64,000 bases of DNA from an uncultured Alphaproteobacteria bacterium (GCA_963754215.1 CAVWER010000003.1:285566-349565); one strand, 5' to 3'; shown: positions 1 through 10,871, numbered from the stretch's first letter. Notes: generated by a model not told the origin, from the sequence alone. Made by a program: numbers and translations.

Positions 1-2
1 AG

Positions 3-590
3 AAGATCGCGCTCACCGGCTCGATCGGCATGGGCAAGTCGACGGTCGCGAAGATGTTCGAAGCCGCCGGTGTTCCAGTGTTCGACGCCGATGCCGAAGT
101 CCGCCGCCTTCAAGGTCCCGGCGGCGCGCTGGTCGAGCGCATCAGCGAGCGCTTTCCAGGCACGGTCGAGGGCGGAATCCTCGACCGCGAAGCGCTCGCT
201 CAGTTTGTCCTCGACGATCCGCGCCGGCTCGCCGAGCTCGAATCGATGGTCCATCCTGAAGTGCGACGGGCGCGCGAGCGATTCCTCGTGGAGCATCGCG
301 ATTCGCCGGCCGCAGTGTTCGAGATTCCACTGCTGTTCGAAACCGGCGGCGAAGGCGTTTTCGACACAATCATCGTCGTCTCGGCGCCGCTCGAAGCCCA
401 GCGTGAGCGCGTGCTCAAGCGCTCCGGAATGACGGCCGAAAAGCTTGCTGCAATTCATGCCCGCCAGGTCCCCGACGAGGACAAGCGCGCGCGTGCCGAT
501 TTCGTCATCGACACCGGCGGCGACCTTTCCACAACTGAGCGTCAGGTCACAGATATTCTCGCTTGCCTCGGACTCGCCGCGGGCCGATAG
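3..590 (+). CDS. coaE: Dephospho-CoA kinase (5' end truncated by window)
   Basis: KIALTGSIGMGKST P-loop read from position 3; DADA, LDRxxLA and EIPLLFE motifs; upstream of dnaQ. Confidence 0.95.
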   Translation, partial: KIALTGSIGMGKSTVAKMFEAAGVPVFDADAEVRRLQGPGGALVERISERFPGTVEGGILDREALAQFVLDDPRRLAELESMVHPEVRRARERFLVEHRDSPAAVFEIPLLFETGGEGVFDTIIVVSAPLEAQRERVLKRSGMTAEKLAAIHARQVPDEDKRARADFVIDTGGDLSTTERQVTDILACLGLAAGR

Positions 591-598
591 ATTCTCTC

Positions 599-1297
599 GT
601 GCGGGAAATCGTTTTCGATACAGAAACCACCGGCCTCAATCCGGCTGGCGGCGACCGCATGGTCGAGATCGGATGCGTCGAGATCTTCAACCGGATCGAG
701 ACCGGCCGCCACTTCCACGCTTACTTCAATCCCGATCGGGAGATGCCGAGCGAGGCCGAAGCCGTGCATGGCCTCACCACGATCTTTCTGTCCGACAAGC
801 CGCGTTTTTCCGAGCGCGTGGGCGAGCTGCTCGATTTCCTCGAGGATTCGCCGCTCGTCGCGCACAACGCCGGCTTCGATTTCGGCTTCCTGAATTTCGA
901 GCTCGCGCAATGCGGCCGCGGGCCCGTTTGCCACAGGCGAATGGTCGACACCCTGACCCTCGCCAGGTCCAGGCATCCGGGCGCGAAACACAGCCTCGAT
1001 GCCTTGTGCATGCGCTTCGGGATCGACCGCAGCCACAGGGTCAAGCACGGCGCCTTGCTCGATGCGCAATTGCTCGCCCAGGTCTATGTCGAATTGACCG
1101 GCGGACGGCAGATCGGGCTCGGCCTGGTCACCGACGCCGCGTCGCTGAATGGAACTTCTCAGGCTGCTGCGATCAGGGTGCGGGAGCCGCGCCCGCCGCG
1201 CCCGCACTTTGCCGGCGCGGAGGAACTCGAACGCCACCGCGCGTTTATCACACGGCTGGTCAATCCGCTGTGGGCGCGGTTCGCCGGGGCTGGTTGA
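599..1297 (+). CDS. dnaQ: DNA polymerase III epsilon subunit
   Basis: GTG start; DEDDh motifs FDTETTG, AHNAGFD, HGALLDA. Confidence 0.95.
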   Translation: MREIVFDTETTGLNPAGGDRMVEIGCVEIFNRIETGRHFHAYFNPDREMPSEAEAVHGLTTIFLSDKPRFSERVGELLDFLEDSPLVAHNAGFDFGFLNFELAQCGRGPVCHRRMVDTLTLARSRHPGAKHSLDALCMRFGIDRSHRVKHGALLDAQLLAQVYVELTGGRQIGLGLVTDAASLNGTSQAAAIRVREPRPPRPHFAGAEELERHRAFITRLVNPLWARFAGAG

Positions 1298-1352
1298 CGG
1301 GGGCAGAGGCACGGTCCTAAGCGGCCGTCGCAACGCGAAGGAGCTGCGCAAC

Positions 1353-1907
1353 GTGGACGTCAGGGTCGCGGGCCATCAGGTCGATACCGGAGAATCGCTG
1401 CGCGAGTTTGCCGCGCAGCGCATGGCTGACATTACCGAGAAATATTTTTCGCGGAGCGTCGGCGCCAACGTCACTTTCGGGCGCGGGCCGAACAACGATT
1501 TTACCTGCGACATCGTCGCCCCGGTCGTTCAGGGAGTGGTGCTCAAGGCCTCGTACAGCGCGCGCGAGCCGCAGATGGCGTTCAACGGCGCCGCCGACCG
1601 GATTGAAAAACAGCTTCGGCGCTACACCAATCGCCTCAAGGACCATAAGGTCGACGAGGACGCCGTGCCGTTCGTCGAAAATGCCGGCTACACGATTTTC
1701 GCGGCCGGCGAGGAAGCATCCTTCCCGACCATCGTCGCCGAAACCCGCGTCGATATCCCGGAAACCAGCGTCTCCGACGCGGTGATGCTGATGGACCTCA
1801 GGAACACGACCGCTTTGCTGTTCAAGAATTCGGCGACGGGCGAGTTCAACATGATTTACCGCCGTGAAGACGGCAATATCGGCTGGGTTGAGCCGCACAC
1901 CGACTGA
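1353..1907 (+). CDS. hpf: Ribosome hibernation promoting factor (long HPF/RaiA)
   Basis: AAGGAG SD then GTG; VAGHQVDTG, IEKQLRRY and C-terminal YRREDGNIGW. Confidence 0.92.
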   Translation: MDVRVAGHQVDTGESLREFAAQRMADITEKYFSRSVGANVTFGRGPNNDFTCDIVAPVVQGVVLKASYSAREPQMAFNGAADRIEKQLRRYTNRLKDHKVDEDAVPFVENAGYTIFAAGEEASFPTIVAETRVDIPETSVSDAVMLMDLRNTTALLFKNSATGEFNMIYRREDGNIGWVEPHTD

Positions 1908-1959
1908 CACCATCTCCACTTCGCTCCGGCGTGCCGGATGCATGTTACGAGTAAAACCG

Positions 1960-2424
1960 ATGCACCTCTCCGAATTCATCGATTTCGATGCGATCAGCAC
2001 CCGCCTTTCGGGCGGCAACAAGCGTTCGTTGCTGCAGCAACTGTCAAATATGGCCGCGCAGCGGCTTGGCGTGGATCAGGCGACGATCCTCGCCAGCGTG
2101 ACCGAGCGCGAGCAACTGGGCTCGACCGGCCTGGGCCAGGGTGTCGCCATCCCGCACGGCAAGCTCGAGGGCCTGACCCGGATCTACGGGCTGTTCGCGC
2201 GCCTCGCCGAGCCGGTCGATTACAAGGCCATCGACGGCCGGCCGGTCGATCTGGTGTTCCTGCTCCTGTCGCCGCCCGACGCCGGAGCCGAGCATCTCAA
2301 GGCACTCGCCTCGGTCAGCCGTGTCACCCGGCACGGCCCCACGCTCGACAAGATGCGCGGCGCCCGCAGCCGCGATGCCCTGGCGGCGGTGCTGATGGCG
2401 GCGGATGAGCGCGACGCAGCCTGA
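1960..2424 (+). CDS. ptsN: PTS IIA-Ntr
   Basis: EREQLGSTGLGQGVAIPH phospho-His motif; DGRPVDLVF; HLKALA. Confidence 0.93.
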   Translation: MHLSEFIDFDAISTRLSGGNKRSLLQQLSNMAAQRLGVDQATILASVTEREQLGSTGLGQGVAIPHGKLEGLTRIYGLFARLAEPVDYKAIDGRPVDLVFLLLSPPDAGAEHLKALASVSRVTRHGPTLDKMRGARSRDALAAVLMAADERDAA

Positions 2425-2436
2425 GCCCGCCAGCCA

Positions 2437-2781
2437 TTGAGCAGCGGCCGGCTTCCGGCCCGGCTCGAAGTCGCCAGCCTGGTCCGCCGGGCGCAGGCCG
2501 CCGGCGACTTCGCGACTGTGATTCGAAGCGGCGATCCGGAGAGCGGTACATTGCTCCTGATCATCACCAGCCGCGGGCGGCATTTCGCGTTCCTCGAGCG
2601 CGTCCTGTCGGCGTCCGGCGCCTATCAATGGCGCGCTGCGGGGCCTGGCGAGTCGGCACAATTGGCTGAAGTTCCCGAATTCCTCGCCAAGCGCGCACGG
2701 TTCGACCCGGACCTTTGGGCGATCGAACTGGATATCGCAGACCCCGAACGGTTCATCGCTGAAACGATCGGTTTGCCTTGA
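2437..2781 (+). CDS. DUF1491 family protein
   Basis: GDPESG and RARFDPDLWAIE motifs typical of DUF1491. Confidence 0.8.
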   Translation: MSSGRLPARLEVASLVRRAQAAGDFATVIRSGDPESGTLLLIITSRGRHFAFLERVLSASGAYQWRAAGPGESAQLAEVPEFLAKRARFDPDLWAIELDIADPERFIAETIGLP

Positions 2782-2829
2782 CGGTTGCCGTTCGTCTGGG
2801 GGAAACCCGGTCGGACAACAAGAGCGGGG

Positions 2830-2953
2830 GGCATTCCGCGCAGTAGATGCTGGGGAATGCCACGCGAGACGGGGTACCACACGGCCGAATAGCGGAAGTA
2901 TCCGCGAGTTAAGTATTTCGGTTGTTTCTGTGGTGCACCGCAGTTCTGCGGAT
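2830..2953 (+). ncRNA. Candidate structured 5' leader RNA of the cell-wall hydrolase gene
   Basis: Five stems by eye: 2830-2837/2854-2861; 2874-2881/2929-2936; 2882-2889/2917-2924; 2892-2896/2901-2905; 2938-2942/2947-2951. Confidence 0.45.
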
Positions 2954-2957
2954 TTTC

Positions 2958-3617
2958 ATGTTGACTTCACTTCGCTCAGCGATGGTCATTTGTGCTACGC
3001 TCGTGACGATTTCGATCGCGCCGGCACAGGCGGACCCCGGCGCTGAGCCGCTGATCCCGGCAACCAGCGCGAGCCTCCCCGAAATTCGGGTGCCCGAACT
3101 GCTCGATCCGAGCGGCGAGGCGGAATTGGCTCAACCCATTCAGCCGGCCGACGAGCCCGACATCCAGGTGTCGCAGACCCCGGCTCCGAAGGCCGCTGCA
3201 ACCGGCAACCTTGGCGACATGGTCACCCAGTTCATGGCCTCGCAGCCCGGGACGCGCGAACTCGAATGCCTCGCCACCGGAATCTATTTCGAATCGAAGA
3301 GCGAGCCGCTGCTCGGCCAGCTCGCGGTGGGCAAGGTCATCGCCAACCGTGCCAAGTCCGGCGGACGGTTCCCCTCATCCTATTGCGGCGTGCTGTTCCA
3401 GCGCGGCCAATTCTCGTTCATTCGCGGCCGCAACCTGCCGTCGGCGCCGCGTGCCGGTCGCCAGTGGCAGACGGCGGTGGCGATCGCCCGGATTGTCGAT
3501 GCGGGCCTGAAGGCCTCGGCAGCCGAGAGCGCCTTGTTCTTTCACGCGCGCCGGGTGTCGCCAGGATGGCGGCTGAAGCGCATCGCGATGATCGGCAACC
3601 ACATCTTCTATCGCTAG
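2958..3617 (+). CDS. SleB/Hydrolase_2 family cell wall hydrolase
   Basis: Signal peptide; ECLATGIYFESKSE, VIANR, CGVLFQRGQFSF, IGNHIFY. Confidence 0.9.
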   Translation: MLTSLRSAMVICATLVTISIAPAQADPGAEPLIPATSASLPEIRVPELLDPSGEAELAQPIQPADEPDIQVSQTPAPKAAATGNLGDMVTQFMASQPGTRELECLATGIYFESKSEPLLGQLAVGKVIANRAKSGGRFPSSYCGVLFQRGQFSFIRGRNLPSAPRAGRQWQTAVAIARIVDAGLKASAAESALFFHARRVSPGWRLKRIAMIGNHIFYR

Positions 3618-3653
3618 CGGGTGACGAATAGAGCCGCGGGGCCGCTGGAAAGC

Positions 3654-3668
3654 GGTCCCGTTTCGTTC
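3654..3668 (+). promoter_or_regulatory. Possible alphaproteobacterial LexA box upstream of mmcB
   Basis: GGTC-N7-GTTC, one mismatch to GTTC-N7-GTTC; mmcB is an SOS gene in Caulobacter. Confidence 0.3.
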
Positions 3669-3681
3669 TACGCCTTGCCCT

Positions 3682-4167
3682 GTGGCCACGCAGCTCGATT
3701 CTCTTTGTTTCACCGACGCTCCGCCGATCGCGGCGGAGGTCGCGCGCGGGGTGACTCGGCTGTTCTGCCGCCAGGACCTGTTCGCGATCTGCGAGATGCC
3801 GCTTCCCAACGGCCGCCGCGCCGACATGATGGCGATCGATTCCAAAGGCGGGCTCACCATCGTCGAGATCAAGGTCGCCAAGGCCGATCTTGTCGGCGAC
3901 GGCAAATGGCTCGACTATCTCGACTATTGCGACCGCTTCTACTGGGCGGTGCCGCCGGCGCTGGCGGCGATCTGCGAGGGCGAGCGCTTCCTCCCCGGTG
4001 AAGCGGGCCTGATCATCGCCGACCGCTATGATGCGGTGGTCGCGCGGGAGGCGGCGCACCGGCCGCTGGCTCCGGCCCGGCGCAAGGCCGAGCTGCTTCA
4101 CTTTGCCCGCCGTGCCGCGCGGCGCCTGGCGGCGCAAATCGACCCGACGCTGGGCGAGGGAAGCTAG
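3682..4167 (+). CDS. mmcB: MmcB family DNA repair endonuclease
   Basis: LPNGRRAD, IVEIK, DGKWLDYLDYCDRFYWAV (PD-(D/E)xK-like). Confidence 0.85.
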   Translation: MATQLDSLCFTDAPPIAAEVARGVTRLFCRQDLFAICEMPLPNGRRADMMAIDSKGGLTIVEIKVAKADLVGDGKWLDYLDYCDRFYWAVPPALAAICEGERFLPGEAGLIIADRYDAVVAREAAHRPLAPARRKAELLHFARRAARRLAAQIDPTLGEGS

Positions 4168-4751
4168 CGCGCGCGCTGTGGCGGGCTTGGGCTTTTTGGC
4201 CTCGATCAGCTTGAGGATGTCGCGCGAGCGATTGTCGCGCGCGGCATAGTCACGCGCCGAATAGCCGGCGGCATTGTCGGTCTTGTCGGGATTTGCCCCG
4301 ACCGTCGAGCAATGCCCTGACGATCGCGGTCTCGCGCTGCTGGACAGCAACGATCAGCGCGGTTTCGCCCATTTTGTTGGTGCCATCGACCTTGGCGCCT
4401 TCGCCGAGCAACCAGGCGACGCCTTGCCCGAAACCGGACCGGGCAGCGGTGATCAGCGGCGTATTTCCGCCGCTTCCGGCGGGTGTTGGGATCCGCGCCC
4501 TTGTTGAGCAGGAAAGCCGTATAATCTTCGTCGCCGCGGCCAACGGCGATGATCAGCGCAGTGTCGCCCTTGCCATCCTTGACATCGATCAGATTAGGGA
4601 TGGGCGGAGAGTAGCCTCGGTCGCCTTGTTGCCGTCGCGGGTCGCGGATCGCCTCGACGAATTCGCTGCCGGAATCGACGCTTTGCGCGACGGCCGGCGC
4701 AGATGCTGCGGCCAGCGCAATTCCCCCGATTGCGAACTTTAGAAACTTCAT
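4164..4751 (-). CDS. Secreted ankyrin-repeat protein (frameshifted; 3' end approximate)
   Basis: Signal peptide MKFLKFAIGG; GDTALIIAV, GNTPLITAA, GETALIVAV repeats spread over several frames. Confidence 0.8.
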
Positions 4752-4814
4752 GGACTTAAGCCCTGGACACCCCGCTTGATCGGCACCGGATAGCAGAGCA
4801 TGGGTGGCCATGTC

Positions 4815-5252
4815 ATGAATGGAAGCACGCCTTTCTGGGAAAAGCCGCTGACCAGCCTCGACCGCGGCGAGTGGGAGGCGTTGTGCGACGGGTGCGGACG
4901 CTGCTGCGTGCACAAGCTCGAGGATGACGAAACCGGCCTGCTCTACCCGACCAACGTCGCATGCAAGCTGCTCGACCGCGCGAACGGCCGGTGCCTCGAT
5001 TACAAGCATCGCATGAAACGGGTCAGCGATTGCGTGAAGATCGACCGTAAGAACCTCGATCGTCTCGACTGGCTGCCCGAGACTTGCGCTTACCGCCTGC
5101 GCGCGGCCGGCAAGCCACTTTTCGAGTGGCATTACCTGATCTCTGGAAGCCGCGAGACGGTTCACGAAGCCGGGCAATCGACGCGCGGCTGGACGGTCAG
5201 CGAAGAGGATGCCGGTGAACTCGAGTGGCATGTGGTCGAACGCGCGCTCTGA
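4815..5252 (+). CDS. YcgN family cysteine cluster protein
   Basis: FWEK, EWEALCDGCGRCC, WLPETCAYR. Confidence 0.9.
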   Translation: MNGSTPFWEKPLTSLDRGEWEALCDGCGRCCVHKLEDDETGLLYPTNVACKLLDRANGRCLDYKHRMKRVSDCVKIDRKNLDRLDWLPETCAYRLRAAGKPLFEWHYLISGSRETVHEAGQSTRGWTVSEEDAGELEWHVVERAL

Positions 5253-5939
5253 CGCGCTGACGTCCGGCCTTCCGGTCCCGATCGAAATCCGCCCGGTGCG
5301 CGGCGCGCGGCGGCTGCGCCTGCGCTACGACGAGGTCCGGGGCGTGCTCAAGCTCACCTGCCCGTTGCGGACCAGCCGGCGCGCGGCGCTGGCGTGGGCG
5401 CTCGATCAGCGCGACTGGATCGACGCCCAGGTCGCCCGAGCCGTGCCGGCCGAGCCGTTTGCGCCGGGGGCCGTCGATTCCGATCACGGGCCGCGACACG
5501 CGGCTGGTCTGGGCCGAGGACGAGCCGCGGGCCGCCGCGCCTGGCCGATGGCGAATTGCGCTGCGGCGGCCCGCGCGAAGGGTTCGCGCGGCGGATCGAG
5601 CTATTCCTCAAGCGCCTCGCGCTCGCGACCATGTCCCCCGAAGCCGCGGAATTTGCCGCGGCGGCCGGAGTTGTAGTGGCCAAGATCAGCGTCGGCGATG
5701 CCGGCACCCGCTGGGGAAGCTGCTCGTCGCAGGGACGGATCCGGCTGAGCTGGCGCCTGATCTTCGCGACGCCGCAAGCGCGCCGCTACGTGGTCGCACA
5801 CGAGGTCGCCCATCTCGTCCACCTCAACCACGGTCCTGAGTTCAAGGCGCTCGAAGCGCGTCTGTTCGGACCCGGTCTCGCGGCGGCCAAGGCGAGCCTA
5901 AGGCGCGAAGCCCCGCGGCTGCGGCGAATCGGCCGGTGA
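5230..5939 (+). CDS. M48/YgjP (SprT-like) metallopeptidase (frameshifted)
   Basis: ARRLRLR, RWGSCS, YVVAHEVAHL and NHGPEF motifs. Confidence 0.85.
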
Positions 5940-8010
5940 TCGCTGCTCTGCCGGCGGCGGTTGGGGTGCCGGCTGGCGCGGCTGGGGTTGGGGCATCGGC
6001 GTACCGGGCGGAAAGGCCTGGTCGAGCTCCTGCTGGGTCGGCTCGCCGGTGCCGTCGGGGCGGACCATCGGCGTCGGCGCGCCCGGCTGCTGAGGCAAAG
6101 GCATAGGCAAAGGGTTGCCGTTCGCGTCGACCAGCGGGACGAGCCCGTTCTGATCGACCGAGCTGTCGCCGAACATTTCTTCCTCGGGCGTCAATTGCCA
6201 GTCGGGCATCGGCACCTGGGTTTCGAACCCCTCGACCGGCCGCCGCGCCACCGCGACGGTCATGAAATCGTGGAACGCCCGCGCCGGAGCGGTGCCGCCC
6301 TGCAGCCCGCGGATCGGCCGGGCATCGTCGCGGCCCATCCACACGCCGGTCGTCAGCCCGCTCGAGAAGCCGATGAACCAGCCGTCCTTGTTGGAGGTCG
6401 TGGTCCCGGTCTTGCCGGCGACGGGCCGGCCGATTTGCGCCGCGCGGCCTGTACCGGTCAGCACCGCCGATTGCAGCAGGTCGGTCATTTCGGCCGCGAC
6501 CCAGGGCGCGACCAGCACCCGCTCTTCATCGGCCTCGCGCTGGTAGAGCAGCCGGCCGTCTGCGGTGACCACCTTGCGGATCGCGTAGGGGGTGATCGCC
6601 ACGCCCCTTGTTGTTCACCGCGGCAAACGCCCTGGTCATGTCGATCAGCCGGACGTCGCTGGTCCCCAGAACCATCGACGGATAGGTCGAGATCGGGGTC
6701 GAAATCCCGAACCGGCGAGCCATGTCGGCGATGGTCGAAAATCCCAGCTGGGCGCCGATCTTGGCGCTGATCGTGTTGATCGATCGCGAAAATGCCTCGC
6801 GCAGGCTGACCGGGCCGAGATTGGTGCGGGTCGAGTTGCGCGGGCTCCAGCCGCCGATCGTGATGGGCTCGTCGACGATCGTGTCGGTCGGCTTCATCCC
6901 CAATTCGAGCGCGGTCAGATAAACGAACAGCTTGAAAGCCGAGCCCGGTTGGCGCGTCGCCTGGGTCGCGCGGTTGTAGATCGAATCGACATAGTCCCTG
7001 CCCCCGACCATCGCCCGGACCGCGCCGTCGCGGTCGATCGCGACCAACGCGCCCTGCGCGCCTGGCGGGGCGTTGGCCTGGATCGCGCGGTCCGCGGCCG
7101 CCTGCATTCCGGGATCGAGCGTGGTCCACACGTCGATCGGCTCGGATGTCGCGTCGATCAGCGTATCGAGCTGGGGCAGCGCCCAGTCGGTGAAATAGCG
7201 GACGCTGTTCTGCCTGGCCGCCTTCTCGATCCGGATTTGGGCCGGATCGACGCTTGCCGCCGTGGCGTCGGAAATGAAGCCGTTCTTGGCCATCGTCTGC
7301 AGGACCACGCCGGAGCGCGCCCGCGCCGCCTCGACGTCGGCGGTCGGCGAATAGTTGGACGGCGCCTTGACGAGGCCGGCGATGATCGCCGCTTCGCCGA
7401 GGCTCAGATGGTCGGCGCCATGGCCGAAGAAAGTCTGCGACGCGGCATCGATGCCATAGGCCCCGCCGCCGAAATAGACGCGGTTGAGATAGAGCTCGAG
7501 GATCTGGTCCTTGGAGAATTTCCGCTCGAGCGCGAGGGCCAGAACGCCCTCCTTGATCTTGCGCGTGAAGCTGCGGTTGTTGGTCAGGAAGATGTTGCGG
7601 GCCAACTGCTGCGTGATGGTCGACGTCGCACTGACCCGGCGCTTGTTGGTGACGCCCGAGACGATCGCACGGCCGATGCCGATCGGATCGACGCCGAAGT
7701 GGCTGCGGAACCGCCGGTCCTCGACCGCGATCATCGCCGCTCGCATTTCCGGCGGGATCTGGTCGTACGGAAGCCAGCGCCCGAAGCTCGGCCCGACCGA
7801 CACCAGGACCGCGCCGTTAGCCGCGCGGACGCGGATCGTCTGGCCCAGGTTCGATCGCTTCTGGAGGTCGGAATAGGCCGGCAGCTGGGTGTAAGCGACG
7901 GTCACGAGGATCGCGAGCACCCCAAGGCCGAGAAGGCCCGCATAGACGAGCCATTTGAGCGCTGTCACGATGGGCGAGCGGCCGGAGGCGGCGGAGGGCG
8001 TGCGGGCCAT
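5898..8010 (-). CDS. Class A penicillin-binding protein (PBP1A family), frameshift near 6600
   Basis: Transglycosylase EDRRF, STITQQLARN, RKIKE; transpeptidase GSAFK (SxxK), SIN, KTGT. Confidence 0.92.
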
Positions 8011-8105
8011 TCAGCGCTGGGATAGAAACTCAGCGCGGGCTCGACAATAGCTTCTGGAAACAAGCTGATCCTCGTTGCTGGCTGGCCGCCTTGGAGGGAG
8101 CAACG

Positions 8106-8131
8106 TTACCCCGCGATTAACCCTGTTTTAG
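8106..8131. promoter_or_regulatory. Tandem CtrA-like half sites upstream of the first DUF4402 gene
   Basis: TTAC-N7-TTAA-N7-TTAG versus consensus TTAA-N7-TTAA. Confidence 0.5.
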
Positions 8132-8155
8132 CCTCTGCCCAATAGAAGCGGCGCC

Positions 8156-8681
8156 ATGTTCCGGGCGATTGCACTCATTACCGCTGCGATTGCGGTAATG
8201 GCAGGCGTGGTCGGGCCGCGCCCGGCGGCGGCGCAATGCCGCTTGTGCGACGCTCCCCAGACGAGCCGCGCCGAAGGCTCCGACAAGGGCGCGATCCGGG
8301 TCGAGGTCGAGACCAGCCTCAACTTCGACCGGCTGATCCTGTTCGGCAGCGGCAGCGGCTCGGCGCAGCTGCGTCCCGACGGGTCGGCGAGCACGGCCGG
8401 TGCGGTCACGGACATCAGTCCGCGGGCAATGGTCGGGACGGTCACTCTTCACGGCGAGCCCGGGCGCAGCGATCAGGATCGATCTGCCGCGGCGGATCGT
8501 GCTCCATTCGCTCAGCGGCGGCGAAGTCAGCTTCGACGACGTGGCCAGCGATCTGCCGTCGATGCCGCGGCTCGATTCGATGGGGAATCTGACATTCCGC
8601 ATCGGCGGACGGCTGACGGTCAGCGGCGACGCCGACGGCGATTATCGCGGCGACCTGCCGATCACCGCCGACTATCTCTGA
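8156..8681 (+). CDS. DUF4402-like secreted pilin/adhesin (frameshift near 8470)
   Basis: Signal peptide, AQCRLC, LNFDRL, and C-terminal IGGRLTV...GDYRGDLPITADY. Confidence 0.75.
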
Positions 8682-8710
8682 CGCTGCGTCACTCCAAAGC
8701 GGACCGATGC

Positions 8711-8726
8711 CTAACGCGCCGTTAAC
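8711..8726. promoter_or_regulatory. CtrA-like box upstream of the putative major pilin gene
   Basis: CTAA-N7-TTAAC. Confidence 0.5.
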
Positions 8727-8832
8727 CATGATCCGTGAGGGAAGCCGTAAGCGAACAAGGTTAATGGCAACGTCACGGATGGCCCGGCCGCGTGCCGGCC
8801 AGGGCATTTGAACCAAGTGGGGAAACGAACAG

Positions 8833-9356
8833 ATGACCAAGATCCTTCGTATCGCCGTCAGTGGCGGCACGGCCGCGGCGATCGCGCTGGGCGCGACGCC
8901 CGCGCTGGCGGTCGGACCGAACCAGAATGCGACGGCGACGCGCGAAGATCGTCAAGCCGCTGACCCTGAGCTGGGTCCGCGACCTCGACCTCGGCACGAT
9001 CATCCTGTCGGGTGCCGGCACCTGGTCGGGCGCCAACGTCGGGATCAGCCGCGTTCGGCGTTTTCGTCTGCGCCAACGTCAACACGACTTGCTCGGGCAC
9101 GACGCAGACGGCGCAGTACAAGATTACCGGCACCAACAACCAGGACGTCACGATCACCGCGCCGAGCGTCACGCTGACCAACCAAAACGACGGCGTCTCA
9201 ACGCTCGTGATGGTGGTTGGAAACCCCGGCACGGTAAATCTCGGCAATTCGGGCGCCGCGGGCTTGATCTTCGACCTCGGCGGCCAGATCACGGTCGCCT
9301 CGACCACGCCCGAGGGCACCTACACCGGGACATTCAACGTCACCGTCAATTATTAA
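8833..9356 (+). CDS. DUF4402 pilin-like subunit (frameshifted)
   Basis: Signal peptide; AKIVKPLTL...DLDLGTI; Cys pair; C-terminal GTYTGTFNVTVNY. Confidence 0.8.
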
Positions 9357-9372
9357 GCCTGGGGGGAAGGTC

Positions 9373-9889
9373 GTGCGCTACCTGCCCTGCAAGGGCTTCG
9401 TTGCAATCGCGATTGGGGCTTGCGGTCGCGCTGGCCGCGGCTCCGGCGCGCGCGGCACCGTCGGTCACGGTGCAGGCGAACATCGCCAAGCCGTTGACGC
9501 TCACGTGGGTCCAGAACCTCGACCTCGGAACGATCGTTCTCGGTCCGGGGAACTGGTCCAACGCGACGGTGGCGATTTCGCGGGCCGGCGTGTTCAGCTG
9601 CGCGAACGCGAACGTCACCTGCACCGGTGCGGCCACGGTCGCGAAATACAATGTCAGCGGAACGAACAATCAGACGGTTCGACATCAGCGCTCCGAACGT
9701 CACCCTCACCAACCAGAACGACCCGACCCAGCACGCTTGACGCTGGTCGTCGACAGCCCCGGCTCGCTCGTCCTCACCAATTCGGGCCAGCCCGGGACCG
9801 ACTTCCCGCTCGGCGGGTCGATCGTGCTGAGCTCGAGCACTGCCGGTGGAACCTATTCGGGCACGTTCAACGTCACCGTCGACTATTGA
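9373..9889 (+). CDS. DUF4402 pilin-like subunit, paralog of preceding gene (frameshifted)
   Basis: IAKPLTLTWVQNLDLGTI; Cys pair; C-terminal GTYSGTFNVTVDY. Confidence 0.8.
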
Positions 9890-10014
9890 ACCGCCCAAAC
9901 GCGACATTTTTGGCACATTTCAGCGGGTTCAACGGTCATGGTTGACCGAAAATAAACCATTCCGGACCAAAGAGGAGGTGATCGCTCCAGACCGGAGCAA
10001 AGTGGGGGATCACC

Positions 10015-10844
10015 ATGATGAACCGCCGGACCCAGTCCGTCCTTGGCGTGCTTGCCGCGCCGCTTCTGTTCGCCGCCACGCCCGCGCAGCGCCGGCATCG
10101 GCGACCTGCTCGTCGCTCCGACGCGGATCGTGCTCGACGGCCGCAAGGGCGCCGAGGTCATCCTCAACAATATCGGCGAGGAGCCGGCGACCTATCGCAT
10201 CTCGGTCGAGTTCCGCCGGATGACCGAGGACGGCGGCCTGGTCGACGTCGCCGAGCCCACCGCCGAGGACAAGGCCGCGGCCGACATGATCGTCTACGCC
10301 CCGCGGCGCGTCGTTCTGGCGCCGCACCAGCCGCAGGCGATCCGCATCGCCGCCCGGCCGCCTCAGGGCCTGCCCGACGGCGAATATCGCGTGCACATGC
10401 TGTTTCGCGCGATTCCGCCGGCCAACCCGGTGGTTCCCGCGTCGGCGAGCGAGCCGGCCAAGGGCGTGCGCTTCCAGCTTACGCCCGTCTACGGCGTCAC
10501 CATTCCGGTCATCGTCCGGCTCGGCAACCTCCAGGCGCAGGCCGGGATCGCCAACGTCCATCTCGACAAGAAGGACGGCAAGCCCGCCGTCGCGCTCGAT
10601 CTTGAGCCGCAAGGGCGACCGTTCGACCTTCGGCGAGGTCCGCGTCCTCCAGCCCGGAGTCAAAAACCCGGTCGCGGTGCAGAAGGCGGTCGCGGTCTAC
10701 AAGGAAATCGGAGTCCGCCGGGTCCTCGTCCCGTTCGACGCCGCTCACCAGTCCGGAATCTCCGGCCCGGTCACCGTCCAATATGTCGAAACCTTCGACG
10801 ACGGCAGCCGCGTGCTGGCCGAAACCCAGGCGGTGATTCGCTAG
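10015..10844 (+). CDS. PapD-like pilus assembly chaperone (frameshifted)
   Basis: LLVAPTRIVL, YAPRRVVLAP..Q.IRI, LPDGEYRVH, GVTIPVIVR. Confidence 0.8.
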
Positions 10845-10871
10845 GGGCGGCCGGAGCGGGAGCCACAGCTC

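Noticed and set aside
9911-9925. Sigma-54 promoter TGGCAC...GC upstream of the chaperone
   Set aside because: GG to GC spacing is 9 nt rather than the required 10.
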